Notes: generated by a model not told the origin, from the sequence alone. Numbered from the stretch's first letter, positions 28,986-39,201 are shown. The stretch: DNA of 64,000 nt from Candidatus Latescibacterota bacterium (GCA_965217865.1 CBDCJO010000002.1:5536001-5600000), one strand, 5' to 3'. A program made the numbers and translations.

Positions 28986-31715
28986 ATGTCCTCCGGCAAC
29001 GGCAAAGACAAAGCGCTTAACATCACCGTCAACGGACGATCCGTCTCGGTTCCCCCGGGCAGTACCGTCCTAAAGGCCGCGAAGAGCGCGGGAATCTATA
29101 TCCCTTCCCTGTGTGCGTCCGATAATCTCTCTCCCTTCGGATCGTGTCGGATGTGTCTTGTTTCGATCGAAGGGGCCCGGGGCTTCCCGGCCTCCTGTAC
29201 CACCCCCGCATCCGATGGCATGGTCGTGACCACCAACACCCCTGAGATCACCCGGCTGAGACGAAACGTGATGGAGCTTTATCTGTCGGATTTCGGAGAG
29301 ACGCCGGACAATCGGACCGATGGGGGCCGTCATCCATTCCTGGACATCGCAGCCGATTTAGGACTCCGGGAGGTCCGTTACAAGGGGGTCAAACACGATC
29401 GCCCAGTGGACGACTCCAACCCATACTTCCGATTCGATCCCAACCTGTGCATATCCTGTGGCCGATGCGTTCGGGCATGCGACGAAATTCAGGGGACCTT
29501 TGCCATACAGCTCCTGGGGCGGGGTTTCGATACGTCGGTGGTCGCCGGTGCGGGCGTCTCTTTCTCGGAGTCGAACTGCGTCTCCTGCGGGGCCTGCGTG
29601 AAGGAGTGTCCGACCGGTTCCCTGGATGAGAAGCGTCTGATTCAGGCGGGACCTCCGGACGACAGCGTCCGCACAACATGTGCATACTGCGGAGTGGGCT
29701 GCCAGTTCGATGCGCAGCTTCACGACGGAAAAGTCGTGGCGATGAAGCCCGTCGAAGACTCCCCGGTTAACTGGGGCCACGCCTGTGTGAAAGGGCGTTT
29801 CGCGTTCGACTACGTGTACTCTCCCGATCGGTTAAAGGCCCCGCTGATCAGGAAAAATGGATCTTTCGTTGAGGCATCCTGGGATGAAGCGATTTCCCTG
29901 ATCGCCTCAAACTTCAAACGCATCATCGCGGAACACGGCCCGGACGCCCTGGGCGGGATCTCCTCCTCGCGCGGCACGAACGAGGAGAACTATCTGATGC
30001 AGAAGTTCTTCCGAGCCGCCCTGGGGACGAATAATATTGACAACTGCGCCCGTGTGTGCCACAGCGCGACCGTTTCTGGGATGATGGAGGTGTTCGGAAT
30101 CGGCGCCGCGACCAACGGGCTGGAGGACATCGATCTGGCGAATCTCCTTATGATCGTCGGGGCCAACCCAACCGAGGGACATCCGGTCACCGGCGCCCGT
30201 ATCAAGCGGGCCGTTCGACGCGGAACCACCCTGATCGTGATTGACCCCAGGAAGATCGAGCTGACCAAATACGCCGCCGTCCACATGCAGCTCAAACCCG
30301 GGACAAATGTCGCCGTCTTGAACGGGATCGCAAACGTAATCCTGGAAGAAGGCCTCTACGATGAACCCTTTATCGGACGCCGGTCCGAAAATTTCGAGGC
30401 CTACCGACGTATGATGGCCACCTATACCCCCGAGCGCGTCCAGGAGATCTCGGGGGTCAATGCAGATCTCATCCGAAAAGCCGCACGTCTTTATGCCAAG
30501 AGCGGGGCCTCCATGTGCTGCCACGGACTCGGGGTCAGCGAGCACAAGTACGGGTCCTACGGTGTGATGGCCATGGCCAATATCGCGCTTCTCACCGGCA
30601 ACGTCGGGAAACCCGGAACGGGGATCAACCCCTTGCGCGGCCAGAACAACGTTCAGGGTTCCTGCGACGTGGGTTCCATGCCCCACGCCCTCACGACCTA
30701 TCAGAAACTCCAGGACCCGGATGTCCGCGCCAAGTTCGAGGCCGTCTACGGCACACCCATCATCGCCACCCCCGGGCTGAAGATCCCGGAGATGTACGAG
30801 GCTATGATCGCGGGGAAGATGAAGTCCCTCTACCTGGTGGGATATGATGTGCTCCACACGGACCCCAACACACACCTCGTCCGTAGTGCCCTCGAAAAAC
30901 TGGATTTCCTGGTGGTCCAGGATCTTTTCATGAACGAGACGGCCAAACTTGCACACGTCGTCCTCCCCGGCGCTTCATTTCTTGAGAAAGACGGCACTTT
31001 CACCAACGGAGAACGCCGGATCCAGCGCATCCGCAAGGCCGTAGCGCCGATCGGCCAGGCCCGGTCCGACTGGGAGATTGTCTGTTCCATCTCCGAGGCC
31101 ATGGGCTACCCGATGAAATACGACCACCCCTCAGAAATCATGGACGAGATCGCCAGTCTCACCCCTTATATGGCCGGGGTCAGCTTCGATCGGCTCGAGG
31201 GAAACGGGATGCAATGGCCGGTCCTGGACAGGAACCACCCCGGGACGCCCGTCATGCACCAGGAGCAGTTCCCCCGGGGGAAAGGGAAGTTCTCACCCGC
31301 CGAGTACCTGCCGCCCGGGGAGGAGCCGGACAGGGAATACCCCTTCTGTCTGGTGACAGGCCGTATCCTCCACCACTATAACAGCGGGACCATGACCCGC
31401 CGCACCCGCCTGATGCACTGGGTGGACGAGGACCTGGTGGAGATTCATCCCGAAGATGCCGTTGAACTCGGCGTGGCCGATGGCGAGAAAGTTCGCATGT
31501 CGAGCCGGCGCGGGGAAATTAGCCTCACGGCGCATCACAGCGATCGTGTCGCCCCGGGGCAGGTCTTCGCAACCTTCCATTTCCCCGAGTTACGCCTGAA
31601 CGAACTTTTGTCCTCCTCGGCCGATGTCCTATCGAAATGCCCGGAATACAAGGTTTCGGCCGTACGGATTGAAAAGATCGCCGCGGCGAAGGACACGCTG
31701 GTTGCCACGGATTGA
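28986..31715 (+). CDS. fdsA: Formate dehydrogenase alpha subunit (Mo/W-bisPGD, Cys ligand)
   Basis: [2Fe-2S] GSCRMC, two CxxCxxCxxxC, CAYCGVGC, active site ARVCH, RGQNNVQG. Confidence 0.92.
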   Translation: MSSGNGKDKALNITVNGRSVSVPPGSTVLKAAKSAGIYIPSLCASDNLSPFGSCRMCLVSIEGARGFPASCTTPASDGMVVTTNTPEITRLRRNVMELYLSDFGETPDNRTDGGRHPFLDIAADLGLREVRYKGVKHDRPVDDSNPYFRFDPNLCISCGRCVRACDEIQGTFAIQLLGRGFDTSVVAGAGVSFSESNCVSCGACVKECPTGSLDEKRLIQAGPPDDSVRTTCAYCGVGCQFDAQLHDGKVVAMKPVEDSPVNWGHACVKGRFAFDYVYSPDRLKAPLIRKNGSFVEASWDEAISLIASNFKRIIAEHGPDALGGISSSRGTNEENYLMQKFFRAALGTNNIDNCARVCHSATVSGMMEVFGIGAATNGLEDIDLANLLMIVGANPTEGHPVTGARIKRAVRRGTTLIVIDPRKIELTKYAAVHMQLKPGTNVAVLNGIANVILEEGLYDEPFIGRRSENFEAYRRMMATYTPERVQEISGVNADLIRKAARLYAKSGASMCCHGLGVSEHKYGSYGVMAMANIALLTGNVGKPGTGINPLRGQNNVQGSCDVGSMPHALTTYQKLQDPDVRAKFEAVYGTPIIATPGLKIPEMYEAMIAGKMKSLYLVGYDVLHTDPNTHLVRSALEKLDFLVVQDLFMNETAKLAHVVLPGASFLEKDGTFTNGERRIQRIRKAVAPIGQARSDWEIVCSISEAMGYPMKYDHPSEIMDEIASLTPYMAGVSFDRLEGNGMQWPVLDRNHPGTPVMHQEQFPRGKGKFSPAEYLPPGEEPDREYPFCLVTGRILHHYNSGTMTRRTRLMHWVDEDLVEIHPEDAVELGVADGEKVRMSSRRGEISLTAHHSDRVAPGQVFATFHFPELRLNELLSSSADVLSKCPEYKVSAVRIEKIAAAKDTLVATD

Positions 31716-31781
31716 GCCGATTTCGGATTTCAGAACCGGGGTGCGGCAGGTCTTATCTAATCCGAATCGATAGATCCGCAA

Positions 31782-32651
31782 ATGGAATCAGCCCAGAAGC
31801 CTCTTGCGAAAGTCGCCATCACCCCCCACGGTACAACCCGGTTAAAAGGTCAATCTGCAGTCTCTGCCGAGGATCAGCTTGCCGTTGAAGAACCCCTGGA
31901 GATCCGTATAGGGGGAGATCCCGTTGCGGTCATCATGAGGACTCCGGGAGACGACTTTGAGTTGGCCGCGGGTTTCCTGCACACCGAGGGCGTCCTTCAA
32001 TCCCCGACGGACATCGGGGCCATATCTTATTGCCGGGATGCCCAACCCCCAAACCTCGAAAACATCGTTGACGTCGTCTTGGCGGACGGGGTGAAGTTTG
32101 ACTTCGAACGCCTCCGCAGGAATGTGTATGCCTCGTCCTCTTGCGGCATCTGTGGCAAGGCCACGATCGATGCAATCCACGCACACGCCCCCCCTATTAC
32201 CGCGGATTTCACCCTTCCCCCGAAACTCCTCTATTCCCTTCCCGACCGCCTCCGCGCCGAACAAACGGTATTTGATAAGACGGGGGGACTCCACGGCGCC
32301 GGTTTATTCGACCTAGACGGAAACCTGATCGTCCTGAAAGAGGATGTAGGACGCCACAACGCCGTGGATAAGGTCATCGGCCATCTCCTGATAGCAGAAA
32401 GGCTCCCCGCCGGGATATCCATCCTGATGGTCAGCGGACGGGCGGGATTCGAGATTTTACAAAAGGCCCTGGTGGCCCGTGTACCCGTGGTCTCTGCGGT
32501 TTCCGCCCCATCCTCCCTGGCAGTCGAACTCGCGGCCAAATCGAACATGACCCTTGTGGGTTTCCTTCGGGGGGATCGGCTCAACGTCTACACAGGCTCC
32601 CATCGGATCCGGCTCGATCCTCCCGATCCTCCCAAATTTCCCGCACGGTGA
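31782..32651 (+). CDS. fdhD: Formate dehydrogenase sulfurtransferase FdhD/FdsC
   Basis: VEEPL, MRTPG, SSCGICG, TGGLH and EDVGRHNAVDK motifs. Confidence 0.95.
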   Translation: MESAQKPLAKVAITPHGTTRLKGQSAVSAEDQLAVEEPLEIRIGGDPVAVIMRTPGDDFELAAGFLHTEGVLQSPTDIGAISYCRDAQPPNLENIVDVVLADGVKFDFERLRRNVYASSSCGICGKATIDAIHAHAPPITADFTLPPKLLYSLPDRLRAEQTVFDKTGGLHGAGLFDLDGNLIVLKEDVGRHNAVDKVIGHLLIAERLPAGISILMVSGRAGFEILQKALVARVPVVSAVSAPSSLAVELAAKSNMTLVGFLRGDRLNVYTGSHRIRLDPPDPPKFPAR

Positions 32652-32671
32652 GAGGAGGAAGGACAAAATAC

Positions 32672-32810
32672 GTATGGCGGTTTGGAAATGTGGAAGTAAA
32701 TAAAACGACGCATTCGTCAATATGTTCTCACTTCTATACTTCCATACTTATCTCCCTCCTCAACACCTTCTTCGCTCTCCCCATACTCCCATACGTCCCC
32801 TGCTTCCATG
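32672..32810. repeat. Inverted octamer repeat element
   Basis: GTATGGCG GTTTGGAA ATGTGGAA ... CTTCTATA CTTCCATA ... CCCCATAC TCCCATAC. Confidence 0.6.
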
Positions 32811-32814
32811 GCAT

Positions 32815-32842
32815 AAAAAAAACCGATGGACTTCGCATCGGC
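32815..32842 (-). terminator. Intrinsic terminator of rpoN
   Basis: Minus strand reads CCGATG-cgaagtc-CATCGG-T8. Confidence 0.75.
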
Positions 32843-32874
32843 ATTTCCGTCTTTTCCCCAATATGCCAAATCGA

Positions 32875-34392
32875 TCAAGAGAACGGGCGCTTTCTATACC
32901 GCGTCGGGCTGATCTTGAGCTGATCTCGATATTTCGCTACGGTCCTACGGGCAATGTCAATACCCTCCGATTTCAGGATTTCCGCGATCTTCTGATCGCT
33001 TAATGGAGCCTTAGGGTTCTCTTCCGCGATCATCTTTGCGATCTTCCCTTTCACGGTCTTGGTTGAAATTTCCCCGCCTTCTTCCGTTGATAGCTTTCCG
33101 TCGAAGAAATACTTCAACTCGAACACCCCGTGCCGTGTCTGTACATACTTCCCGTTGATCACTCGGCTGATTGTCGAGATGTGCATCTCGACCTTATCAG
33201 CCACCTCCTGGAGGACCATCGGACGAAGGTGGCCCGGCCCTTCGTCGAAAAACTCTTTCTGATTCTGAACGATGCGCCGCATCACCTTGAGCATCGTGCC
33301 CCGGCGTTGATCGATTGCGTTAATCAACCAGCGGGCTGAGTTAAGCTTGGTCAATACATATTTTTTTGCCTCTCCGCCTTCCCTTTCAGATTGATTGAGC
33401 AGAAACTTATAGAGGGGATTCACCCGCAGGGTCGGAACCTTCCGGTCGTTCAGGAAAACGAGATATTGGCCGTCCACCTTTTCGACTTGCAAGTCCGGAT
33501 AGACCAGATTTTCATTGATCCTCGGTTCAGGCGAAAACCCAGGTTTTGGGTTCAGGGATTCGATAATCTTCGAGGCGGAATTGATCTCCTCCTTGGTAAT
33601 GTTGAGGGATCGACATATTCGACTATATCGCCGGTTAATCATATCGTCAAGATAGTTCCGCACAATCGTCATGGGGACCGAATCTCCCATGCCCCGATCT
33701 CGAAGCTGGATCATCAGACATTCGCGCAGATTCCGGGCGGCTATACCGGACGGTTCGAACGATTGAATCGTCGCAAGGATGCGTTCAACCTCGTCCACAG
33801 AGATGCCGATCACGTCAGCGATCTCGGCGGATGAAAGGGTTAGAAAACCATCATCGTCCAGGTTCCCAATAATATATTCCGCAACTTCCCAGTCGGCTTC
33901 CGTCAGGTCGGTAAATTGCAGCTGCTCACGGAGGAGATCCAGCATCGATGGGCGATTCGCCTCGCTGTTCTCCCAGGATTCCGCGTTGGGATCAAATTCT
34001 TCACGGTGCGAGTTATAGCCACCGGCGGCTTCGTTCAGGTAATCTCTCCAGTCGTCGGCGTCCAAGGATCCGTCGACATCCCCGGCCGCTAGATTCGAAT
34101 CCACGGGTTCGTCCGGGACCTGATCGGGCACCTCCGGGGGGTCGGGGACCTCAGATGCTTCGGACGTTGGCTCGGCGTCAAGGTTCTCATCTCCGGCCGA
34201 GTCATCCTGCGACTTCTCCTGATCCTGGGATAACTCTTCTTCAGACAACTCCTCCAGCAGAGGATTGGTCTCCAATTCCTGCTGGATGGCCTGTTCCAGC
34301 TCAATCGTCGGCATTTGAAGAAGGCGCAAAGAATGGATGAGCTGCGGAGCCATCTTCTGCTGCAATGAAACTTGCTGGGTCAATCGAAGCAT
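32875..34392 (-). CDS. rpoN: RNA polymerase sigma-54 factor
   Basis: Gln/Leu-rich region I, NPLLE, MHISTISR HTH and RpoN box ARRTVAKYR. Confidence 0.97.
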   Translation of the reverse strand: MLRLTQQVSLQQKMAPQLIHSLRLLQMPTIELEQAIQQELETNPLLEELSEEELSQDQEKSQDDSAGDENLDAEPTSEASEVPDPPEVPDQVPDEPVDSNLAAGDVDGSLDADDWRDYLNEAAGGYNSHREEFDPNAESWENSEANRPSMLDLLREQLQFTDLTEADWEVAEYIIGNLDDDGFLTLSSAEIADVIGISVDEVERILATIQSFEPSGIAARNLRECLMIQLRDRGMGDSVPMTIVRNYLDDMINRRYSRICRSLNITKEEINSASKIIESLNPKPGFSPEPRINENLVYPDLQVEKVDGQYLVFLNDRKVPTLRVNPLYKFLLNQSEREGGEAKKYVLTKLNSARWLINAIDQRRGTMLKVMRRIVQNQKEFFDEGPGHLRPMVLQEVADKVEMHISTISRVINGKYVQTRHGVFELKYFFDGKLSTEEGGEISTKTVKGKIAKMIAEENPKAPLSDQKIAEILKSEGIDIARRTVAKYRDQLKISPTRYRKRPFS

Positions 34393-34520
34393 TGGACCCT
34401 TTCAGAGGGACAATCTGTTCTCCCAGGATTCCAAGATAACCGTTAATAAAAACTTACAGCATGCCCTCCCCCGGCACAACTGTTTTTTTTCCTCCTGCGG
34501 AGGATGCTCCGCCCTCTTTT

Positions 34521-34548
34521 CGATCCCCGAACCACGAATCACGATCCC
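34521..34548. repeat. Degenerate heptamer tandem
   Basis: CGATCCC CGAACCA CGAATCA CGATCCC. Confidence 0.55.
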
Positions 34549-34556
34549 CGGGTTCT

Positions 34557-35276
34557 TTACATCCGGAAACCCTCGCCCAGATAAATCCTCCGGACCTCAG
34601 GATCATCAGAAAGGTCCCGGGCGGTACCGGACATACGAAGTTCCCCTTCAAAAATGATGTAAACCCGGTCCGAGATCGTCAATGTCTCCCGTGCACGGTG
34701 ATCGGTGATGAGAAGCCCGATACCACTAGAGCGCAGCTTATCGATAATGCCTTGAATGTCCTCTACCGTTTTGGGGTCAACACCCGAGAACGGTTCATCG
34801 AGAAGCATGAACTTCGGATCTACCGCAAGTGCTCTTGCAATCTCAACTCGCCGGGTTTCCCCCCCCGAAAGGGTGTCTGCCTGTTGTCGAGCCAGATGGA
34901 TGATCCCCAGTTCCTCAAGAAGATGATCCGTGCGTTCCCGCTGGAGGCTTCGTGTCAGCCCTCTCGCTTCAAGGACGGCCCGGACGTTCTCACTCACCGT
35001 CAGTTTCCTGAAAACCGATGGTTCCTGTGAAAGATATCCGATCCCAGAACAAGCCCGCTTGAACATTGGCATGGATGTTACATCCAGATCATCTAGATGA
35101 ATGGTTCCTCCGGTGGGCTTGACCAGACCAACGATCATATGAAAAGTTGTGGTTTTACCGGCCCCGTTTGGACCTAGAAGTCCAACCACTTCGCCGGGTT
35201 GAACATCGACGCCCACCTGATTGACCACCCGGCGTTTGCCATAGTCCTTGATCAATCCCTCAGCAGAGAGTGACAA
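34557..35276 (-). CDS. lptB: LPS export ABC ATPase
   Basis: GLLGPNGAGKTT, YLSQEPSVFRKLTV, LLDEPFSGVDP, ITDH and YLGEGF motifs. Confidence 0.95.
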   Translation of the reverse strand: MSLSAEGLIKDYGKRRVVNQVGVDVQPGEVVGLLGPNGAGKTTTFHMIVGLVKPTGGTIHLDDLDVTSMPMFKRACSGIGYLSQEPSVFRKLTVSENVRAVLEARGLTRSLQRERTDHLLEELGIIHLARQQADTLSGGETRRVEIARALAVDPKFMLLDEPFSGVDPKTVEDIQGIIDKLRSSGIGLLITDHRARETLTISDRVYIIFEGELRMSGTARDLSDDPEVRRIYLGEGFRM

Positions 35277-35330
35277 AACCCTCTATTTCCTTCCCTGAAA
35301 TTGAATTTAGATTACGAAAGTGTCTGAAAT

Positions 35331-35405
35331 GTATGGGGATTAGATAGTTTGGGGGCATGGAAGGTAATTCTTCTCCGGACATCCGTACATTTCCACGTTT
35401 CCACA
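35331..35405. repeat. Inverted octamer repeat element
   Basis: GTATGGGG ... GTTTGGGG GCATGGAA ... TTTCCACG TTTCCACA. Confidence 0.55.
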
Positions 35406-35419
35406 ACCCCCTCTTCTCC

Positions 35420-36742
35420 TCATTTTTCCGGTTCATCACGCCCACGGCTTTTCTTCTCGCCTTCCGTCATCCAGTAGGATCCCACCACAGCCCCCTCGAC
35501 AACAGCCCGTTGAAGGGCTCCGTCCTCCATGGCCAAACGGATATGATCCCCCGACAACCGATTTTTTCCCCCCCGCTCCTTGTCCGGAGGGTGAGCCGGA
35601 AGGTATTCACATATCGCGTGTCCTTGCAGGATTACCTTTCCAATCCGATCTTTCTCGAATTTAATTTCGATTCTGTCCGCTCCAAGTTTCGTAATTTCGG
35701 ACCTATCCCCCGAGGTGTGAATTCCATGACCTTTCCCTTCACCGATGACCCCTTGGACTCGATTCCCGTAGAAGGCCAGTAAAATATCCTCTGCTTCGAG
35801 TTCGATCTTGGAACTGTCTACCCCGCGAAACGCCGTCCTGGCAGTCCCTTTTGAATCCGCACCAAGAAGCGAACCCTCCTGGACTTCGACTAAAATCGTA
35901 TCGCCTTCCAACATGCTCCATTCCTTATGCTTTCCCGTTACATTGTAGCGGTTCTGTAGGACCTTCCCCCTTCCAACCGCCTTAATGAATCCCACCCGAT
36001 TACCCCTCAGTTTGAGCTCCACCCAATCCCCGAAAACCTCGGTGGTATCGATGGAATCCGATTCCCGGCTAAATCGTCTAATAATGGGATCCCCGCTCAA
36101 GGTAACAACGGTGGTATCCGCAAAAACTTTCTGGCAGGTCGCGTAGAATGGACCGATCTCCACCACAACCTCTCCTTCGCTCTCAATCCCTTCTCCGCGG
36201 CCGGAAAAGCGGATCACCTTTCCTGAGATCGTTAAGGGTTCAAAAACCGACCGCGTCAGGCGTGGTCGGCCCCGTGCAGTGCCGGAGCGCCCACCGGGTT
36301 CGATTTCAAGAGAGTCTGCAGCCAAGCGCACGCTGGACTGATCATACCAAACCGAGACACGGCCGATGGCCTCAATTCGATCCTGAAAGAAGTTAATCCT
36401 GTCCCCTTGGAGTTCCCTTCCCCCCCCGGTCAGGATCGCCCCGCCCGATGCCACAATCCTCCGATTCTTCCAACGATAACTCAAAGAATCCGCAAGGATC
36501 TTCCCCACAGGATCTACCACCTCGACGCGGTGATAGAAAAGAAGCTTTTCGGCCGTGTATTCAGCACCTCCAGAGCGAACCGTTGTGCTTTCCAGAACAG
36601 CTTGCACGCTTCCGGTATATTTCCGCCGAATAACCGACCCATCTTGTGAGGTCTCCATATGATCCGCGTGGATTTCGTATGACTCTTCCGCGGAAACCAC
36701 CTCCCCCGATAGCAGGAGGATAAAAATTGCAAACCTATTCAA
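35420..36742 (-). CDS. Long LptA/OstA-like beta-jellyroll protein
   Basis: Signal peptide; repeated ADSL/GDxI...GxV beta motifs; lies between lptC and lptB. Confidence 0.7.
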   Translation of the reverse strand: MNRFAIFILLLSGEVVSAEESYEIHADHMETSQDGSVIRRKYTGSVQAVLESTTVRSGGAEYTAEKLLFYHRVEVVDPVGKILADSLSYRWKNRRIVASGGAILTGGGRELQGDRINFFQDRIEAIGRVSVWYDQSSVRLAADSLEIEPGGRSGTARGRPRLTRSVFEPLTISGKVIRFSGRGEGIESEGEVVVEIGPFYATCQKVFADTTVVTLSGDPIIRRFSRESDSIDTTEVFGDWVELKLRGNRVGFIKAVGRGKVLQNRYNVTGKHKEWSMLEGDTILVEVQEGSLLGADSKGTARTAFRGVDSSKIELEAEDILLAFYGNRVQGVIGEGKGHGIHTSGDRSEITKLGADRIEIKFEKDRIGKVILQGHAICEYLPAHPPDKERGGKNRLSGDHIRLAMEDGALQRAVVEGAVVGSYWMTEGEKKSRGRDEPEK

Positions 36743-36794
36743 AAAGCATCCTCACGGGTTAAGAAAGGGCATCATCCTGGACCTATATCACGGT

Positions 36795-37325
36795 TCATCG
36801 TTTCTTCTTTGTGGTCACGTTCCGCATAGACCAATTCTTCAGATCCGGTGTGGACTCAAAACCGATTCCGGTCTCAATACCCTCCGGATTTTGAATGATG
36901 ACAGCCCCATCTCCATATATTCGATCCTTATTGTTATCCCAACGGAGGGACTGAGTCTTCAGAATGGTGCTGTCAGAGGTCGTAACGACTACGTCGCCAA
37001 GGGCCTCCATACTCCTGTCCAGATGTTTAAAGGCGCCCTTGCTCGACCGCAAGACAGAAGCCTGTTCCCCTGAAGGATCGAAAAACGAGACTTCCACACC
37101 CTGATCCAGACTGTCCACTCTTGACGCACCGTAGTTCCGGTATCGGGCAGCCCGGAGGACTGCCCTTCGGATTCCGGACTTCGTCACTACGCTTTCCCAC
37201 CCCCAGGCCACCTGCTCGGGTTTTAAACCCTCACCTTGTTTTTCGCTTTTGGGTTTCTCTTCGATGTTGGTACAAGAAATCCCGATAGATATACACGCGA
37301 CCAGGAAGACCCTATTCCTTTCCAT
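36795..37325 (-). CDS. lptC: LPS export protein LptC
   Basis: Lipobox-like ISC; GDVVVT..LKTQSLRWD..G.GFES; operon context. Confidence 0.8.
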   Translation of the reverse strand: MERNRVFLVACISIGISCTNIEEKPKSEKQGEGLKPEQVAWGWESVVTKSGIRRAVLRAARYRNYGASRVDSLDQGVEVSFFDPSGEQASVLRSSKGAFKHLDRSMEALGDVVVTTSDSTILKTQSLRWDNNKDRIYGDGAVIIQNPEGIETGIGFESTPDLKNWSMRNVTTKKKR

Positions 37326-39057
37326 TTTGGACCAAGGCTTTGATAAATCCGTAAAAAACAGGTGAGGGTTTTTCGAGACACGACTTAAATTCTGGATGAG
37401 CTTGGGTTGCTACAAAGAAGGGATGGCCCGGGAGCTCGATAAATTCCATCAACTTTACCCCGTCATATCGCCGGTGGAAGCCGGAAAATACCAACCCGTG
37501 CTCTTCGAGCAAATCAACGTACTTGGGCGATACCTCGTATCGGTGACGGTGCCGCTCTAGAACAGCCCGTTCGGACTTCAGGATAACCCCTGCTCGAAAG
37601 GCTTGTTCCTCGACCTTCATGAGGTTCTCGATCCTTAATTTATCCTCGTCGAGACGTCCTGTCTCCTTGTAAACCTCGAGTATTCGACTTTTCTTTTTTA
37701 AGATCGCCGCATAAGCTCCCAACCGCATCGTTCCACCGTATTGATGTTTCTGGATGACGTCCCTTTGGGACGGTTGAATCTCAATGACCTGGTAAAGCGC
37801 ACCCGGATCGATCTCCGTGGAGGTCGCCTCCTCCAAACCGCCGAGATTCCGAGCATACTCCACGACCGCCATCTGAAGTCCAAAACAGAGACCCAGGAAT
37901 GGAACCCCCCGTTCTCTCGTGTACCGGATCGCCTCGATCACCCCTTCTGAGCCGCCGACCCCGAAAGCTCCAGGTACGATCACCCCATCGAACCCACTCA
38001 AGACCGACTCGGCATCGGCGTTTTCCAGACGACGTGAATCGATCCACGTGATTGAAACGCCAGTGTCGAAAGCAGCACCGGCGTGTTCCAACGACTGATT
38101 GACGGAAATATAGGAGTCGGTCAAGCGATAATCCCCGATCTCTACATATTTTCCCACCATCGCCACTTTGACCGACCTCGAAGGACACGTGATTCGGTCC
38201 ACAAGCCCTTTCCACGCGTTCCAATCCGGCTCTTGGCGATAAGGCAGTCCCAACCTCTGTAGAAGTTTTTCTCCTAGTCCTTCCTTTTCTAGATTCAGGG
38301 GGATGCGGTAGATCGTATCCACGTCCGGGGCTGATATAACGAATTCCGCCGAGATGTTGGCAAAGGTCTCGATCTTTTTCTTTCGGATCTGGTCGAGCGA
38401 ACCCTTTGCCCTGCAAAGGATGATATCGGGAAAAATCCCTGTCTCGCTGAGTTGTTTGATTGCCTGTTGCGTCGGCTTCGTCTTCATTTCTTCGATATGC
38501 CCGGGCACGGGCAGATAGGTGACCAAAACGTGAACGACATTCTCCTCACCGACTTCTCGTTCCAAGCTCTTCATTGCAAAAAAGAACGGGAGGTTTTCAT
38601 AGTCCCCGACGGTTCCTCCCACCTCCACCAGAACGACTTCAAAACCCTTCGCTGAATCGGTCACTCGTCTCTTGATCTCATCGGTGATATGTGGAATCGG
38701 TTGGACGGTTTGTCCGAGGTATTCACCCCTCCGCTCCCTTTCGATAACCGAGTGATAAATCTGGCCTGTCGTCAGATTGTTCTGTCTGGGAAGATCAAGG
38801 CCGAGAAACCGTTCGTAGTTACCCAGATCTTGATCGATCTCCCCTCCATCGTCGGTCACCCATACCTCCCCGTGTTCCGTGGGCCTCAGAGTCCCGGCGT
38901 CGTAATTAAGGTAAGGATCGATCTTGATGGCCGTGGTCCGGTAACCATGTTCCTGAAGAATTTTTCCGATCGATGCCGCTGCAAGCCCCTTTCCAACACC
39001 GCTCATAACTCCGCCCGCCACGACGATGAACTTGGGGCCATCGTATTCGCGTTTCAC
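37312..39057 (-). CDS. pyrG: CTP synthase
   Basis: GGVMSGVGKG, EVGGTVGD, KTKPTQ, GLCFG (catalytic Cys), ERHRHRYE and QAHPEF motifs. Confidence 0.97.
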   Translation of the reverse strand: MKREYDGPKFIVVAGGVMSGVGKGLAAASIGKILQEHGYRTTAIKIDPYLNYDAGTLRPTEHGEVWVTDDGGEIDQDLGNYERFLGLDLPRQNNLTTGQIYHSVIERERRGEYLGQTVQPIPHITDEIKRRVTDSAKGFEVVLVEVGGTVGDYENLPFFFAMKSLEREVGEENVVHVLVTYLPVPGHIEEMKTKPTQQAIKQLSETGIFPDIILCRAKGSLDQIRKKKIETFANISAEFVISAPDVDTIYRIPLNLEKEGLGEKLLQRLGLPYRQEPDWNAWKGLVDRITCPSRSVKVAMVGKYVEIGDYRLTDSYISVNQSLEHAGAAFDTGVSITWIDSRRLENADAESVLSGFDGVIVPGAFGVGGSEGVIEAIRYTRERGVPFLGLCFGLQMAVVEYARNLGGLEEATSTEIDPGALYQVIEIQPSQRDVIQKHQYGGTMRLGAYAAILKKKSRILEVYKETGRLDEDKLRIENLMKVEEQAFRAGVILKSERAVLERHRHRYEVSPKYVDLLEEHGLVFSGFHRRYDGVKLMEFIELPGHPFFVATQAHPEFKSCLEKPSPVFYGFIKALVQNGKE

Positions 39058-39201
39058 TTATGCGCCTCCCTGAGATCGGACTATCATTCACATCTTAATC
39101 ACAAGAGATCCCTATCCGTGTTAGATACACGGTAAATTAAATTGTGACCCACGAGATGCCACCCCCGGCTCTCCCGTCGACCGTCTTTTTGATCCATATG
39201 A

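Noticed and set aside
30045-30065. Possible selenocysteine in FdsA
   Set aside because: The active-site codon is TGC (Cys); there is no in-frame TGA
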